Source: Camelus dromedarius | Lineage: Eukaryota | Assembly (NCBI RefSeq): GCF_036321535.1 | Contig: NC_087438.1 | Coordinates: 1,984,001-2,048,000 of the forward strand | Length of the DNA stretch: 64,000 bases | Direction of reading: 5' to 3' | Part shown: in pieces, positions 24,774-36,250 of the stretch | Position numbering within the stretch: position 1 is the stretch's first letter | Layout: each line of letters begins with the position of its first letter | Notes under the pieces: generated by a model | Databases searched by the model: none | Told to the model about the DNA's origin: nothing | What the model saw: the letters and a program-made list of their open reading frames with translations, nothing else | Position numbers and translations under genes: made by a program

Positions 24774-25249
24774 GGTCCTCCCGAGCAGTCAGGAGACACG
24801 TCAGGAATGGAACTCGGTTTCCCTTCAGGCCGCTGGAGAGAACGCCGTTAATGCCCTGGGGACCACGCTTGTCCACCTGCATTTCTGATTGGTTATGAAG
24901 TGTGGAGCTGACAAGTGGATGAACGGGCTGGGTGTGCAGCACGCCCCCTGCAGGTGAGCAGACACCAGCCTTCAATCCACCTACCTGTGTTCAAAGATGA
25001 ATAAACCCACTAAGAGGTCGACATGTGTGCCCGGCGTGGGCAGGCGATGTCCTCACAAAAACGGGAATGAAGAACCACACCTAAAAGTTGTTTGCTGCAG
25101 ACAGCAGAAGAACATGCTAGAAAGAGTCCTTTCTCCCCATTTTTCCACTTCCTTAGGGAATGGGCAGAAGTTACAGTCACTTGGTGGGGAGCGGGATGCC
25201 AGAGGAGGAGAGACGCCAGGTGAACACGTGTCTGTGAAAGAATCTAAAT

Positions 25250-26400
25250 GAAGGAGAAAAATGAAGGAAACCCAGAATTAACAAGACAATTAAATTTCTA
25301 TTCAAAGCAAAAGAGAAGAGCTTCTATGCAGAATATTGAATCAGTAACGAGAAGGATAGACTTAAAATTCTTCCAGGATGTCGAGGACAGCGCTCCAGAT
25401 ACGTGAGGAACAGTGGATGACCAGGACAGAGGAAGGCTCTCCGCCACGGGGGTGACAGTGACTGCTAGAAATCACACTGAACAAAGCAGAGTAAATTACC
25501 ATTGTATCAGTGTTGATAATACCCACGACCAATAAATTATCTAGAAGACCCTCCTGGACTAAAAAAAAAAAGATTTCTATCTATCTTCAAAATAATTATG
25601 TCTAAGGAAAAAGTAATATATGCAATTCTAATCATTTTCTCCTCTTTTTTATTTTCAAATATAGAGAAAAAACCCTATGAATTCCAGAGAAAATTAAAAT
25701 TAAAGCCCAAACCAGGCTGGTCTCGGATGTCTCCTCAGTGTCAGGAGGTAAGGGTGCGGTGTATCCAGCACCTTGGGAAGGGAGGTAAAGACAGTCTAAA
25801 ATTCAACAAAAGTAAACAAGAAAGGGCATTTTTTCCTCAAAAATTCTGTAACCACTGGAGTTGTCACTCAAATATAAAAGTAATATATATATTCTCAAGT
25901 ATTTAATGACTTAGAAAATTCTATGTAATTATTGGAGAAAATTATTTTCCCAAGAAGCTATTCCAGTTGACTATAAAAAGAAACAAAATTTCAGCCTTAA
26001 GAACAGAATAGTAATAATAATTGTTATATTATATATTTTAATAGTAAATGCTATAATCTTGTAATAAAGAATAAATGGCTAAACATAAGTGACTATGACC
26101 ACTATGATTTCACAGTTAATGCAAATGCCAACAATAATTCTTGAAAAACAATCTCATATCCACAGGTTGAGTATAAAATATGATTAAATTAACAAAGACT
26201 AAGAAGTGGAGGAGGGAGATTATAGAATAAAATTAAATTTTAAAAAATTATATTTGTTACATGATTTGAACAAAAAAAGCCCTACATATAAATATATTTA
26301 AATTTTATCAATTAATTTAAAATGTTTTTCTCTATTACAAAACTTAAACTTCCCCAAATAATTTAGAAGATGTATCATTTCTTTATTTAGATACACATTG
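25250..26400 (+). mobile_element. Old L1M fragments
   Basis: A-rich decayed L1-like sequence (e.g. AAAAACCCTATGAATTCCAGAGAAAATT, AATTCAACAAAAG); boundaries approximate. Confidence 0.5.
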
Positions 26401-26939
26401 CTACATATTGTAGATTTGTCAAATCACTGAAAGTTTTTGTGGAATGTATCTTAACCTGTGTCAGCAGCACCTGCCCAAGAACTGTACCTGGTTCCCGACT
26501 GCGGGCTCGGAAGACGGTGATTGAGAAGCTGGGTGTGGGGACACATGGTCCATAGTCATAGAAAGCATCCTGGGAAGATGCCTCAGTGGCTCTGGATTCA
26601 TCACCACAGTGCGTGCACATTTCACAGCAGGCTTGACGACTGGGAGATAAACTATTTGCCAACATCCCCACACTTACGGAAATAATTTGCTTAACGTGGT
26701 GAGAGGAGGGGGTTGGGCATGATCTTCTTATCTTTGTGGACGTTCCACAGCATTTCTCAACGATGGCAAATCTGAAAAGACGTCCTTCCCTCCCCTTCCT
26801 GCCCCCCGCCTGAACCAGGGATGGCACCAACTGGCACTTAGAGCACTCGCTATGGACCAGGACCTCGGCCGCTTGGCCTGCCTGCAGCGACGGGGCACAT
26901 CTTCTACTGTGGATGCAGGCAGAGGTCAGATAGAGAGTA

Positions 26940-27210
26940 TAACTGGGTAGTACTTTAGAGGGTGCAGGGGTCCAGGAAGCAAAGCAGGGCTGTTAGGGGA
27001 GGGCACATTTCAGTTGTAAAGTGGGGGCCGGAGGAAGCCCCATGGAGAAGGTGACACTTGAGCAAAGACAGGAAGATGGGGTGTCCTGGGGTGCTGGTGG
27101 CTGCTATATTGGGTCGAAGGGGCTGGTCCAAGGCTCAGAGGTGAGTGTGTCCCTCCTGAGGAAGGAGAGAGAGAGGTGGGGGGAGGGGAACAGCAGAGAG
27201 CAGGGCTGGG
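26940..27210 (-). mobile_element. L2 LINE fragment
   Basis: GGAGGAAGCCCCATGGAGAAGGTGACACTTGAGCAAAGAC...AAGGCTCAGAGGTGAG typical of reverse L2. Confidence 0.6.
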
Positions 27211-27773
27211 TCCTTCTGTTATCTGTTTTTAAATTAATTTTACTGTGATCAGAGAGCACAACCTGTATGATTTTAACTCCTTTGCACTTACTGACATACG
27301 TTTGGCAGCCTGGTGTATCGTCTTCATGTTCTTGTGAGGAATGTGCATCCAGCAGCTGGCGGGCGGAATATCTCATAAATATCAATTATGTCGAGGTGGT
27401 TAACGGGGCCACTGCTGCTTTTCATCTACCTGTTCTGTTAGTTACTGAAAGATGACTTTGGAAATGCACCATCTTAAAGATTTGTCTGTATCTGCCTTCA
27501 GTTCTGTCTGTCAGGGCTTCATGGAAAAAGCTGCTATTTGATGCATACAGTTTATGGTTGTTTTGTCTTCTTGATTAGTTGGCCTTTTATCTCTGTGAAC
27601 ATGTCTCTTTTATTCTTGTTGATGCTTACTTACCTAAGTCTATTTTGTTTGCTGTTAATATAGCCAGGCTACTCTCTTGTGCTTAATGTTAACATGATAT
27701 ATATCTTCCATACTTTTTAATTATACATGTCATATTTACAGTAGGTTTCTTGCATAGAATGAATACTTGAGTG

Positions 27774-28098
27774 CAGCTGATCTTCGAACAGCGGTGGTGA
27801 TGAAGGGCGGCAACCCCTCCTGCGGCTGAAAGTCCGAGCACTGCTCTCTCTGCCTCAAAACGAAGAATCTGATGAATGAGACACCCCCAGGGCAGGAAGT
27901 CTAAACTGTTTGGATAGAGTTAGGACTCAAACCCTATTTCTTTTGATTCCACAGATTATGATCTCTAATAAAACACAAATTTTCTCCCATACTTAGTTAA
28001 TCTAAAGATCTGCAAAATGTAAGTACTATATTTATTGAAAAAAACCCACATATAAGTGGACCATGCAGTTCAAACTGGTATTGTTCAAAGGTCAACTG
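27774..28098 (-). mobile_element. Tigger2-family (TcMar) MITE
   Basis: Minus start CAGTTGACCTTTGAACAATACCAGTTTGAACTGCATGGTCCACTTATATGTGGGTTTTTTTCAATAAA; the other end CAGCTGATCTTCGAACAG forms the degenerate TIR. Confidence 0.8.
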
Positions 28099-29794
28099 TG
28101 TTGCTCTTTTATGGAATCTGACAATCCCTGTCTTTTAATAAGAGATTAGGTCATTTACATTTAATGCAATTTTCTATACACTGTATTTAAGTCTGCCATC
28201 TTGCTGCTTATTTTCTTTTTATCCTTACTATTCTTTGTTCTTGTTTTATTCTTCTTCTGATTTCTTACCTACTTTTCCAACTTTCTTTCCCCATTTTACA
28301 AGTAAGGATATAACTCTTTCTAATGCTCAATCTTACCATATGGTACATTTCTCTGCAATTTAAAATCTTCTAGAGAAACAAAGGAGCACTTTGAAATACT
28401 AATGTTTTTCACTATTTTATGCCAAAGATAAAATTAGAAAGATGATGTTGGACGTCCTTGAAGTAGAGAGAGAATCATCATGATGATCAATATTTAATAA
28501 TCTTTCCCATTCTGTCCTCATATTATTGTCAAGAACACGATGCTGCTGGGGCCTTCCCATGAAAACACAGGTGATTGGGTCAATAAAAATTGTAGAAGTT
28601 AATTAATCACAGCAAAAAAATATATGGCAAGGTTTTCAACCTTCTCTATCTCCATGTCTATTTATATATTATCTATCTAGCTACCTACATTTCTCCCAGC
28701 ATTTAGTTTATACTTAGAATTAATTAAATGAATGCTCTGAAAAATCATTTTTTCTGTGAGTTTTCTCCCATTATTTTCTCCATGCTTGGCAATGCCAATC
28801 ACCTTAGTTCCACATCTTGATATGTGTCTCAGCACCACATTCTCTGTAATTTAAGAAAGAGGAAATGAAAGTTTAATGCAAGATCATATTCATATATTGG
28901 AGATAAGTTAGCATTTCTATTTTATTGAATATTGTCATTTATTTTGCCAAAAGATTATTGGATACTGTAAATTTATCACCTAGACCCCTACAATAGAGAA
29001 TATTTAAAATGTATAGAATTTATATATTTTGCAGAACTATATGGCAGGGTGATTAATTCCAACATATAAATAACTAGTATAAATTTCTTAAGGGTAAGTG
29101 GAATAGAAATATAAATTCAAGAATTGAAAGGAACAATAAAACGTTTCTGAGATTTGGAGAGGTTTTCCAAGTATTTTGTTATGGATTATGGTGGGTATCA
29201 TATAGTATTTGAATTTCATTAAATCTATTTTTTTTTAAAGTGCAACAATCTAATTTTTAGAAATTTTGTAATACAACAGAAATGACTTTATGGTTATGTG
29301 AGCATAGGATAAAAATTATAAACATGTACATATAATTTTACAATTGTTTTAATGGGAACACAACAACAACAAAAGTTGGAAAACCATCAGTCTAGACTGT
29401 ACTGCTAGAAGTAAACTTGCTAGGTCATAGGTTATGGTCATATTTTACTTTACTCCAGTGTGGTCACATATACTCCAACCAGCACTGATTTAAACTCTTA
29501 CATCTCTAGCCAAATTGTGAATAAAATATTATCTGTTATTGTTTTATCTTAAATTTCTCTGGTTAGTGATATTGAACATCTGTTTATGTTTATAAGATTT
29601 GTTCATCTGTGAATTCCTTATATTTATTTGTCATAAATTTCTAAAGCTTTTAATAATTTTTAGAGACACTTATCATTTTTGTTCAGAAAATATATCCTAT
29701 TAATTATGGCTTATATATTAATTATGTTCTTCTTTCATCATGAAAAAGTTACAAATAATAATAGTCATATTAATTAGCCATTTCCTTTATAATT

Positions 29795-29800
<6 letters not shown>

Positions 29801-29831
<31 letters not shown>
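29801..29831. repeat. (TA)n microsatellite
   Basis: ~15 perfect TA units. Confidence 0.95.
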
Positions 29832-29835
<4 letters not shown>

Positions 29836-30803
29836 TTCCCATTTAAGACATTCTTCTCCACCTCAAGATTACCATGTATCTTGATAGACTATTTGCAGAC
29901 ATTTTATTTAGGAATATATATATATATAATATCAATATTAAATATTAATATATTATAATTATTACATAGTATATTTTGTAATAACATATGCAAGAATATA
30001 TACTACAAGAGTGATTAGCATATGCATTTTCTTTCTTCACCTTTATAGGTATGAGAACTTGAGCAAATTATTCAAATACTCTTCTTTAGTTGTATCATAC
30101 ATAAAATGGAGATTAGCATATTTATCTCTGGGTTTATAAATGAATTTATAAAAAAATTGCCTAGATCAATGTGAGATGTATAAAAAAGCTATTAAGTTAG
30201 ATATTATTTTACTATTATTATACTTTTTCTACTGTTTGGTTTTTGGCTTTGGTGTCAAGGTTATAAGAACATTACAAAATGTCATAAAATTTATTTTGTG
30301 TGATTTAAAAAATCTCTAGCTGTATTTCATTTTACAACAAAAATGTTATTTAGATATACATGTTTTCTTTATCAGCTTTTTAAATGGTATATTTTTATTA
30401 ATATTTTAATGAAAAGACTGGTTTTGTTCATACTGTTTTTGTTAATGTTTTTATATTTAATTTATACTCATATTTTTCAAATTCACCTTCTTTGAACTTT
30501 TCTATTACCTTATTTTTCTAGGTTTCTGATTTGATTAGTGTTTACTCTCTATCCTTCCGTGTTATGTAAATTTAAGGTAACCACACCCCCTCTAAATGTT
30601 ATGCTGGTGTGCCCCAAAGTGTTTTTGCTGCTACTTAGTTTGAAATGTTTTCTAATTTCTATTATAATTTCTTTTTGAAACATAAATTATTAGGACCAGA
30701 TTTTCATTTCTAAATGCTTTAGTTGGTTATGATTTTGTGTTCCTTTCTAATGGTATATTTTTGTCAATAGAAAATGGCAAAATATACAAATATTTGGTCT
30801 TTT

Positions 30804-30946
30804 CACAGGGAATTATATTCAATATCTTGTAATAACCTTTAATGAAAAAATATGAAAATGAATATATGTATGTATATACGTGACTGGGACGTTGTGCTGT
30901 ATACCAAAAATTGACACATTATAACTGACTGTACTTCAATTAAAAA
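30804..30946 (+). mobile_element. 5'-truncated L1 3'UTR tail
   Basis: CACAGGGAATTATATTCAATATCTTGTAATAACC...GACTGTACTTCAATTAAAAA. Confidence 0.9.
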
Positions 30947-32572
30947 TATGGCCTTTTAAATGCCTTTTAAAATTTCATTGCATTATTACATTTTCAAAAG
31001 TTGAATATACTTAAAGAGTGAGTGAGAATTTTCTGGTCATTAGGTGCAGAGTCTTACGGACATTTATTTGATCAAGCTTTGTACTTTGTGTTATTCAATT
31101 TTTCACAAACTATAACTAATCTTACTTGCTTGCTTTATTCATTTTCATAATATTTTGGTAAATTTATCAATTATGATGATGGATTTGTCCATTTTTTTCT
31201 CTTGTATTTATTTTGTCTGTATATATTCTGAGTCTGTTATTATGTGCATATGAGATACGCACTTTTATAGTTTTTTGATGAATTTTTCCCTTTATCATGA
31301 AGATATAACCTTATTATCTATTCATTATTATTATTTGCTCTTGGTTAGCATTAGCGTTACTATCTTTTATTGGTTAGTATTTTCTGTGTACACATCTTTC
31401 ACGATTTTTTCATCTTTACACAGGATGCTGAATTATTTCCTTTTGTTTCTCCCTGATAACATCTCTCTTAAATAAGACAATTTATTACTTTTACATTAAT
31501 TTGAATTGCTATCATGTTTGCAATAATTTCTGCCAAATTCCATTAAGATTTTCTTTTACAATGCATTTTTTCTTCTTTTTAGGGGTCTACTTTTATCCTT
31601 TTCCACTGCATTAAATTAGATTTATTTACTCATTTCTCCTTTCTTGTTAATTTGGAAGTTTTATGTACTATTTATATACAAAATCAAAATGTTTACTTAG
31701 TGTATAAGGTCACTCAATAGTTTTATATAAAGTTTATCATTAACTTAATCATTTTTTTTACTAACAAAATTTTAATGTTTAACTGATCATTTCCTCATCT
31801 TCAGAGGAATTTTGTTCAATATGTTATTTCTATATTACTTTTAACTCACAAGTAACTAATTTTGTAGTAAATAATCCTTTACATTTATCTCTATGTTTAC
31901 CAGTATGTTCCTTAACATTTTTCGTATCATACCTCTTGTTTCTGTGTTTGCATTTACAACATTGCAGTGGGACTTTTACTATTCCCCTCGCCTTGGTGAG
32001 ACAATGGAAAGATTCTCAGTCTTAATTTTTTATTATATCTTTTAATCTCTTGATCTCTACCTTATACTCCTCATCTATTGATTTTTTTCTGGGGTACTTT
32101 CTGTGTAATTTCCTCCTGTCTTGCCATGTAGTAATTCTCATTTATCCATGGATGACCCCTTATTTAATTCCTGATTACATTTTTAAAATTATAAATTTAT
32201 TATAACATATATAACATAGTATTACTATGTTTTATTGCATTAGTAATATTAATTTCTATTTCATCACATATGTGCTCTTTCTGATTTTTTAAATTCCTTT
32301 CTATTCTCTTTTCCCATTTCAGATGATACTTCTTTTACCAAAAGAAACCTTGAAATTTCTTTTTGTGTAGGTCTACTGGTGGTAAATTTGCTGTGCTTTT
32401 GTTTATCTGTGCATATATTTATTTTAATTTCTGAAGGTCACTTTGGTTGGTGACAGAATTCTGAGTTTTTAGATATTTTCTTTTAGCAATTTAGAAGTAT
32501 AATTCCACAACTCTTTATTTCCATCATTTCTGTTGAATTGTCAGCTGTAAATTTTATTGTTGATCTTGTATC

Positions 32573-32661
32573 AAGATTTTCCTCTTTGAGACACAACATT
32601 GTAAAATGATTATAAATCAATAAAAAATGTTAAAAAAAAAAAAAAGATTTTCCTCTTTGAG
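32573..32661 (+). mobile_element. 53-bp L1 3'-terminal insertion (32591-32643) with perfect 18-bp TSD
   Basis: AAGATTTTCCTCTTTGAG at 32573-32590 and 32644-32661 flanks ACACAACATTGTAAAATGATTATAAATCAATAAAAAATGTT plus polyA. Confidence 0.9.
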
Positions 32662-32699
32662 TTCTTTTTGGCAGTGCTCCTGTAGTATTTCCAGGCATT

Positions 32700-32701
<2 letters not shown>

Positions 32702-32732
<31 letters not shown>
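32702..32732. repeat. Poly-T tract
   Basis: 31 consecutive T. Confidence 0.95.
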
Positions 32733-32735
<3 letters not shown>

Positions 32736-33489
32736 ATTTATCCTGCCTGTTGTCCTTAAACATTTTTACTATGTGGGCTCATTTTGTCGTAAGTTTAAAA
32801 AAGTGCTTAGTCATTATCTGTGCAAATATTTTTTCTGCCTCACTTCTCTTTTCCTTAAGTCTCCAATTACATTTATGTTAGTCTTTGTCACTTGGTTTTC
32901 TTTACTGCCTTTTATTTGCAACAAATTTTCTAAACTTACACTTGGTAGAGCTTTTACAAATCTGTTTCATGCTTTTAAAATATAGATTTACATAAGATGT
33001 CTAGAAGCTCTTTGGAAATGAAAGCCAAAATTTCCCTGTACTTGCAATTGCTTAACTCCTGGGTCTTGGCTATTATGGGCAGACTCTTGAGGCTGAGTGG
33101 ATGTTTGTACTAGATCCAAATTCATTCTGTGATGGGAAGGAGAATGATCAATATTAAATGATCAATACTAAATCCAATCTAGGAATAAGGAAGTTAGGGG
33201 ACAACCTTCCCCAGATAAAAGTGTGAACCCAACCTGGACTTTAGCAGATTATAAGTGAGGGAGGAGAAGCCTCTGGGTTTTGGGGGCAGTGGGAGGGCAT
33301 ATGGGGCTGTATTCTTGGAGGAACACAGCGGGAGGATGGGGAAAGGCAGGGTGTGAGGGCTGGTCCATGTGGTGGAGCTGAGTCTGGAGTCTGGAGGTAA
33401 GCAGGAAGGTTTTGCCCCATGGAGCTGGGTGATGAGGTCCCATCAAAGCAGCCACTGCACCACCTTGTGAAGCAGCGAGACAGACCGTG

Positions 33490-33680
33490 TACTGGCCCCA
33501 CCATTGGGTACATACTCTCTGTACATAATCCCTGACTCCCCTGCAATCCTGAACACTAAGCCCCACTTTCCTGATTTTAGAGATGGGAAAACAGGTCTCT
33601 GGGAGGCGAAGAGCTTGTTGAAGGTGAGATCTGAGCTCAAATCTGTCGGCATCTGAGTCCTGGGTGTTCTCACTGCCACG
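33490..33680 (-). mobile_element. Probable MIR fragment
   Basis: CCCCACTTTCCTGATTTTAGAGATGGGAAAACAGG...GATCTGAGCTCAAATCTGTC...CTGAGTCC resembles reverse MIR. Confidence 0.4.
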
Positions 33681-34611
33681 CTCTTCCCACAGAGGCTGTG
33701 AGGAAGATGTCCTAGTACAGGACAGCTGGGGATAGGGCAGCGTCCAGGGTTCCATTCCTAATGCTCAGCAAGGCACAAAGCTGGGAAAGAGACATCACCT
33801 CCCAGAACAAGCCACTGGGGCGAAAGGTTGGGGGTCACAAAGTCCATGTGCAGAATTGGCCCCCTGGACTCTGAGGCTCAATTTCCTCTGTCCAAGGGGC
33901 TGACTCCCCATTCGACCCCTGTCTTGGACTCGGGGGGCACTCCGCAAACAGGTGGTGTTGGGCACCACCTGGGGCCCCTGAAGACAGACTGAACCCTGTC
34001 GTGTATATTCTGTATTAATAGCTAGAAATCACGCGAGACACATTAGAAGAAAATTTCTGTAAAGACATTTTAATGTTGTTGCTTAAATGGGTAGATTTCA
34101 GATGCAGATAAAAATCACTTCTGGCAGAAACCTCAGTAGCTGCTCATCCTGTGTGAGGGGAAGCGGCCGACGTTGGAACTTGCCAGGCCTGACACCTTCA
34201 CCGTCCTCCTCACCCGAACTCCGTGCTGTGCACACACAGCAGGTGAGGAGGGCTCACTCCCAGACAGGCGATGCAGGCGGCGCTGTTAACGGGCCCCTCA
34301 GGGTGTGTGATCTGGAAGAAGATGCACATGGGTCAGAGCATCAGTCAACGGAGCTGGCAGGGTGGAATCTGACCTGTAAGGTAGCGAATGATCCAGACCA
34401 TGTCAAACACACAGCTGAGCTCTGCCTGACTGACAACACAGATCCCTTCCCATCAGAGTCCCCAGCAGGCCTTTAATCGGTGCCACTGGCCAGTGACCTA
34501 AAGACAGTGGTTCTTTGAATAAATGCTCAGTTCCAGAGTGATTGTTTTATACATGTGTTCAAACCTCATTCCAGAACACCAAGCACTATGGTTCTTCACA
34601 GGAGAGCTGTG

Positions 34612-34654
34612 CACACACACACACACAAACACACACACACGCACGCACACACAC
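34612..34654. repeat. (CA)n microsatellite, interrupted
   Basis: Direct reading. Confidence 0.95.
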
Positions 34655-35475
34655 TATGCAACTTAATCCTGCCCCCCAAATCAACGACCTGAACAAAAGG
34701 GATGGGACCTTGAGGAGGCAGAGAGAAGGGAGGCACCGGACTGCATGGGAGGGAAGGAGGGAAGCTAAGGGAGCAGGTTTTACAGGTGCCTTAAGAATCA
34801 CAAAGCTGCATCTATTTTGCTTTAGTTTTTCCCACGAAGCGTCTCATTTTTCACTGTGGATGGATAGCAGACTTCTTGCCATTAGATGCGTAAGACGTCC
34901 TTATAGCAAAGCATTCCTTGTATGCAACAAAACCCCTTCTCAGAGAAGGTGCTCCTGGTTGAGGGTCCCCCAGGAGACCTGGCCGGGCTCTGTGATGCGA
35001 TAAGCATCTCTCAGGGGCATCACTGTGGTTGATAACAAACCCACTTGTTTGTTGCTACATCTTGCTTCATGGACCCTCTTGAAGCAAATTGAGCCAATGC
35101 TTCTGATTCTCAGCTTGAGAAAACGGAGCACAGAGATTAAGTAAGAGGTGGACATCCTCAGGATGAGGTTGCTTCGGCGTCCCAGCCAGGAGCGGTTCAT
35201 CCGCAAAGCACATCCAGTGCTAGTGCCACCCCCGACAGTCAGCCACTGTGCCCACGGTCGCGCCTCCACCGTGAGGCCAGCTCTGCACTGGGAGGCTGGT
35301 GGCTGCCGCTAGAGCCCAGCGCCCCTCCCCACGAGGTGGAGGGGAGCCATCGCGGCCCCGACTGACAAGGTCTGCCCTAACGTGTTCCCGTCCACAACCC
35401 TGCTGGAGGTTCCAGTCAAAGACCCGGGGCCATGGGGATAGGGTTCGCCAACAACCCTGTATGATCATTTAATAA

Positions 35476-36250
35476 CTATGCTGTTGCGAAGCAGGTAAGT
35501 GAAGGGCGTCCTGATTTAATTAGAAACTCTCTTAACCAGCACCTTTCCCTCCAAGGGCAGGCGCAGTGTCCCTGCCTTGGTCCCACTGGCGAGGAAGACT
35601 TCTCTACACTGGCTGGCAAGGCACCGCAGCCGCCACGTCGGAGGGGGGTGTCAGCTTTTAATTGTAACTGTCTTGCAGAGCGGTGTTGTTTTAATATCCT
35701 GTATAGATTTTTATGTAATACACTCACTTGCAGGCAGCCTGAAGCAAGAATCAATTCTGTGAAGGGTTCTTCTTTTGTTANNNNNNNNNNNNNNNNNNNN
35801 NNNNNNNNNNNNNNNNNNNNNNNNNNNNNNNNNNNNNNNNNNNNNNNNNNNNNNNNNNNNNNNNNNNNNNNNNNNNNNNNNNNNNNNNNNNNNNNNNNNN
35901 NNNNNNNNNNNNNNNNNNNNNNNNNNNNNNNNNNNNNNNNNNNNNNNNNNNNNNNNNNNNNNNNNNNNNNNNNNNNNNNNNNNNNNNNNNNNNNNNNNNN
36001 NNNNNNNNNNNNNNNNAGCAGAATACATTAATTAGATGGACTGGGATCATTAGACAGAAACTATCTCATTGGTCCCTTGTATCAAATTTGTATACAATCT
36101 CTATCAAGATATTGCTTTATTTGTGTGGCTAAAAACCGCTGCTGAATCAGAAAGTAGATGGCTACGTCTGCTTCCTTTTTATTGTCCATCACCAACTATT
36201 CTTCCACAAATAACAAATCGTAGATATTTTTGCTTAAAATTGATTGTTTT
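35476..36250. promoter_or_regulatory. Candidate conserved non-coding element; core hidden by N block 35781-36016 (236 bp)
   Basis: Non-repetitive, TAAT-rich flanks (GATTTAATTAG, CATTAATTAGATGG); conservation inferred, not computed. Confidence 0.5.

Larger units (their letters stand above)
27215..33000 (-). mobile_element. AT-rich block of nested old L1M fragments, including an ORF2 endonuclease remnant at ~27215-27770
   Basis: Minus frame ..KCKGVKIIQVVLSDHSKINLKTDN.. carries the SDH motif of the L1 APE-like endonuclease; the rest is T-rich L1ME-like debris; internal boundaries unresolved. Confidence 0.7.

Noticed and set aside
24193-24975. 260-aa minus-strand ORF
   Set aside because: Driven by the CpG island and the CA microsatellite (VCVC runs).
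28320-29397. Possible hAT/Charlie element (ends AAAAGTTGGAAAACCATCAG)
   Set aside because: Only one terminus looks hAT-like and I could not find the other end or assign a family.
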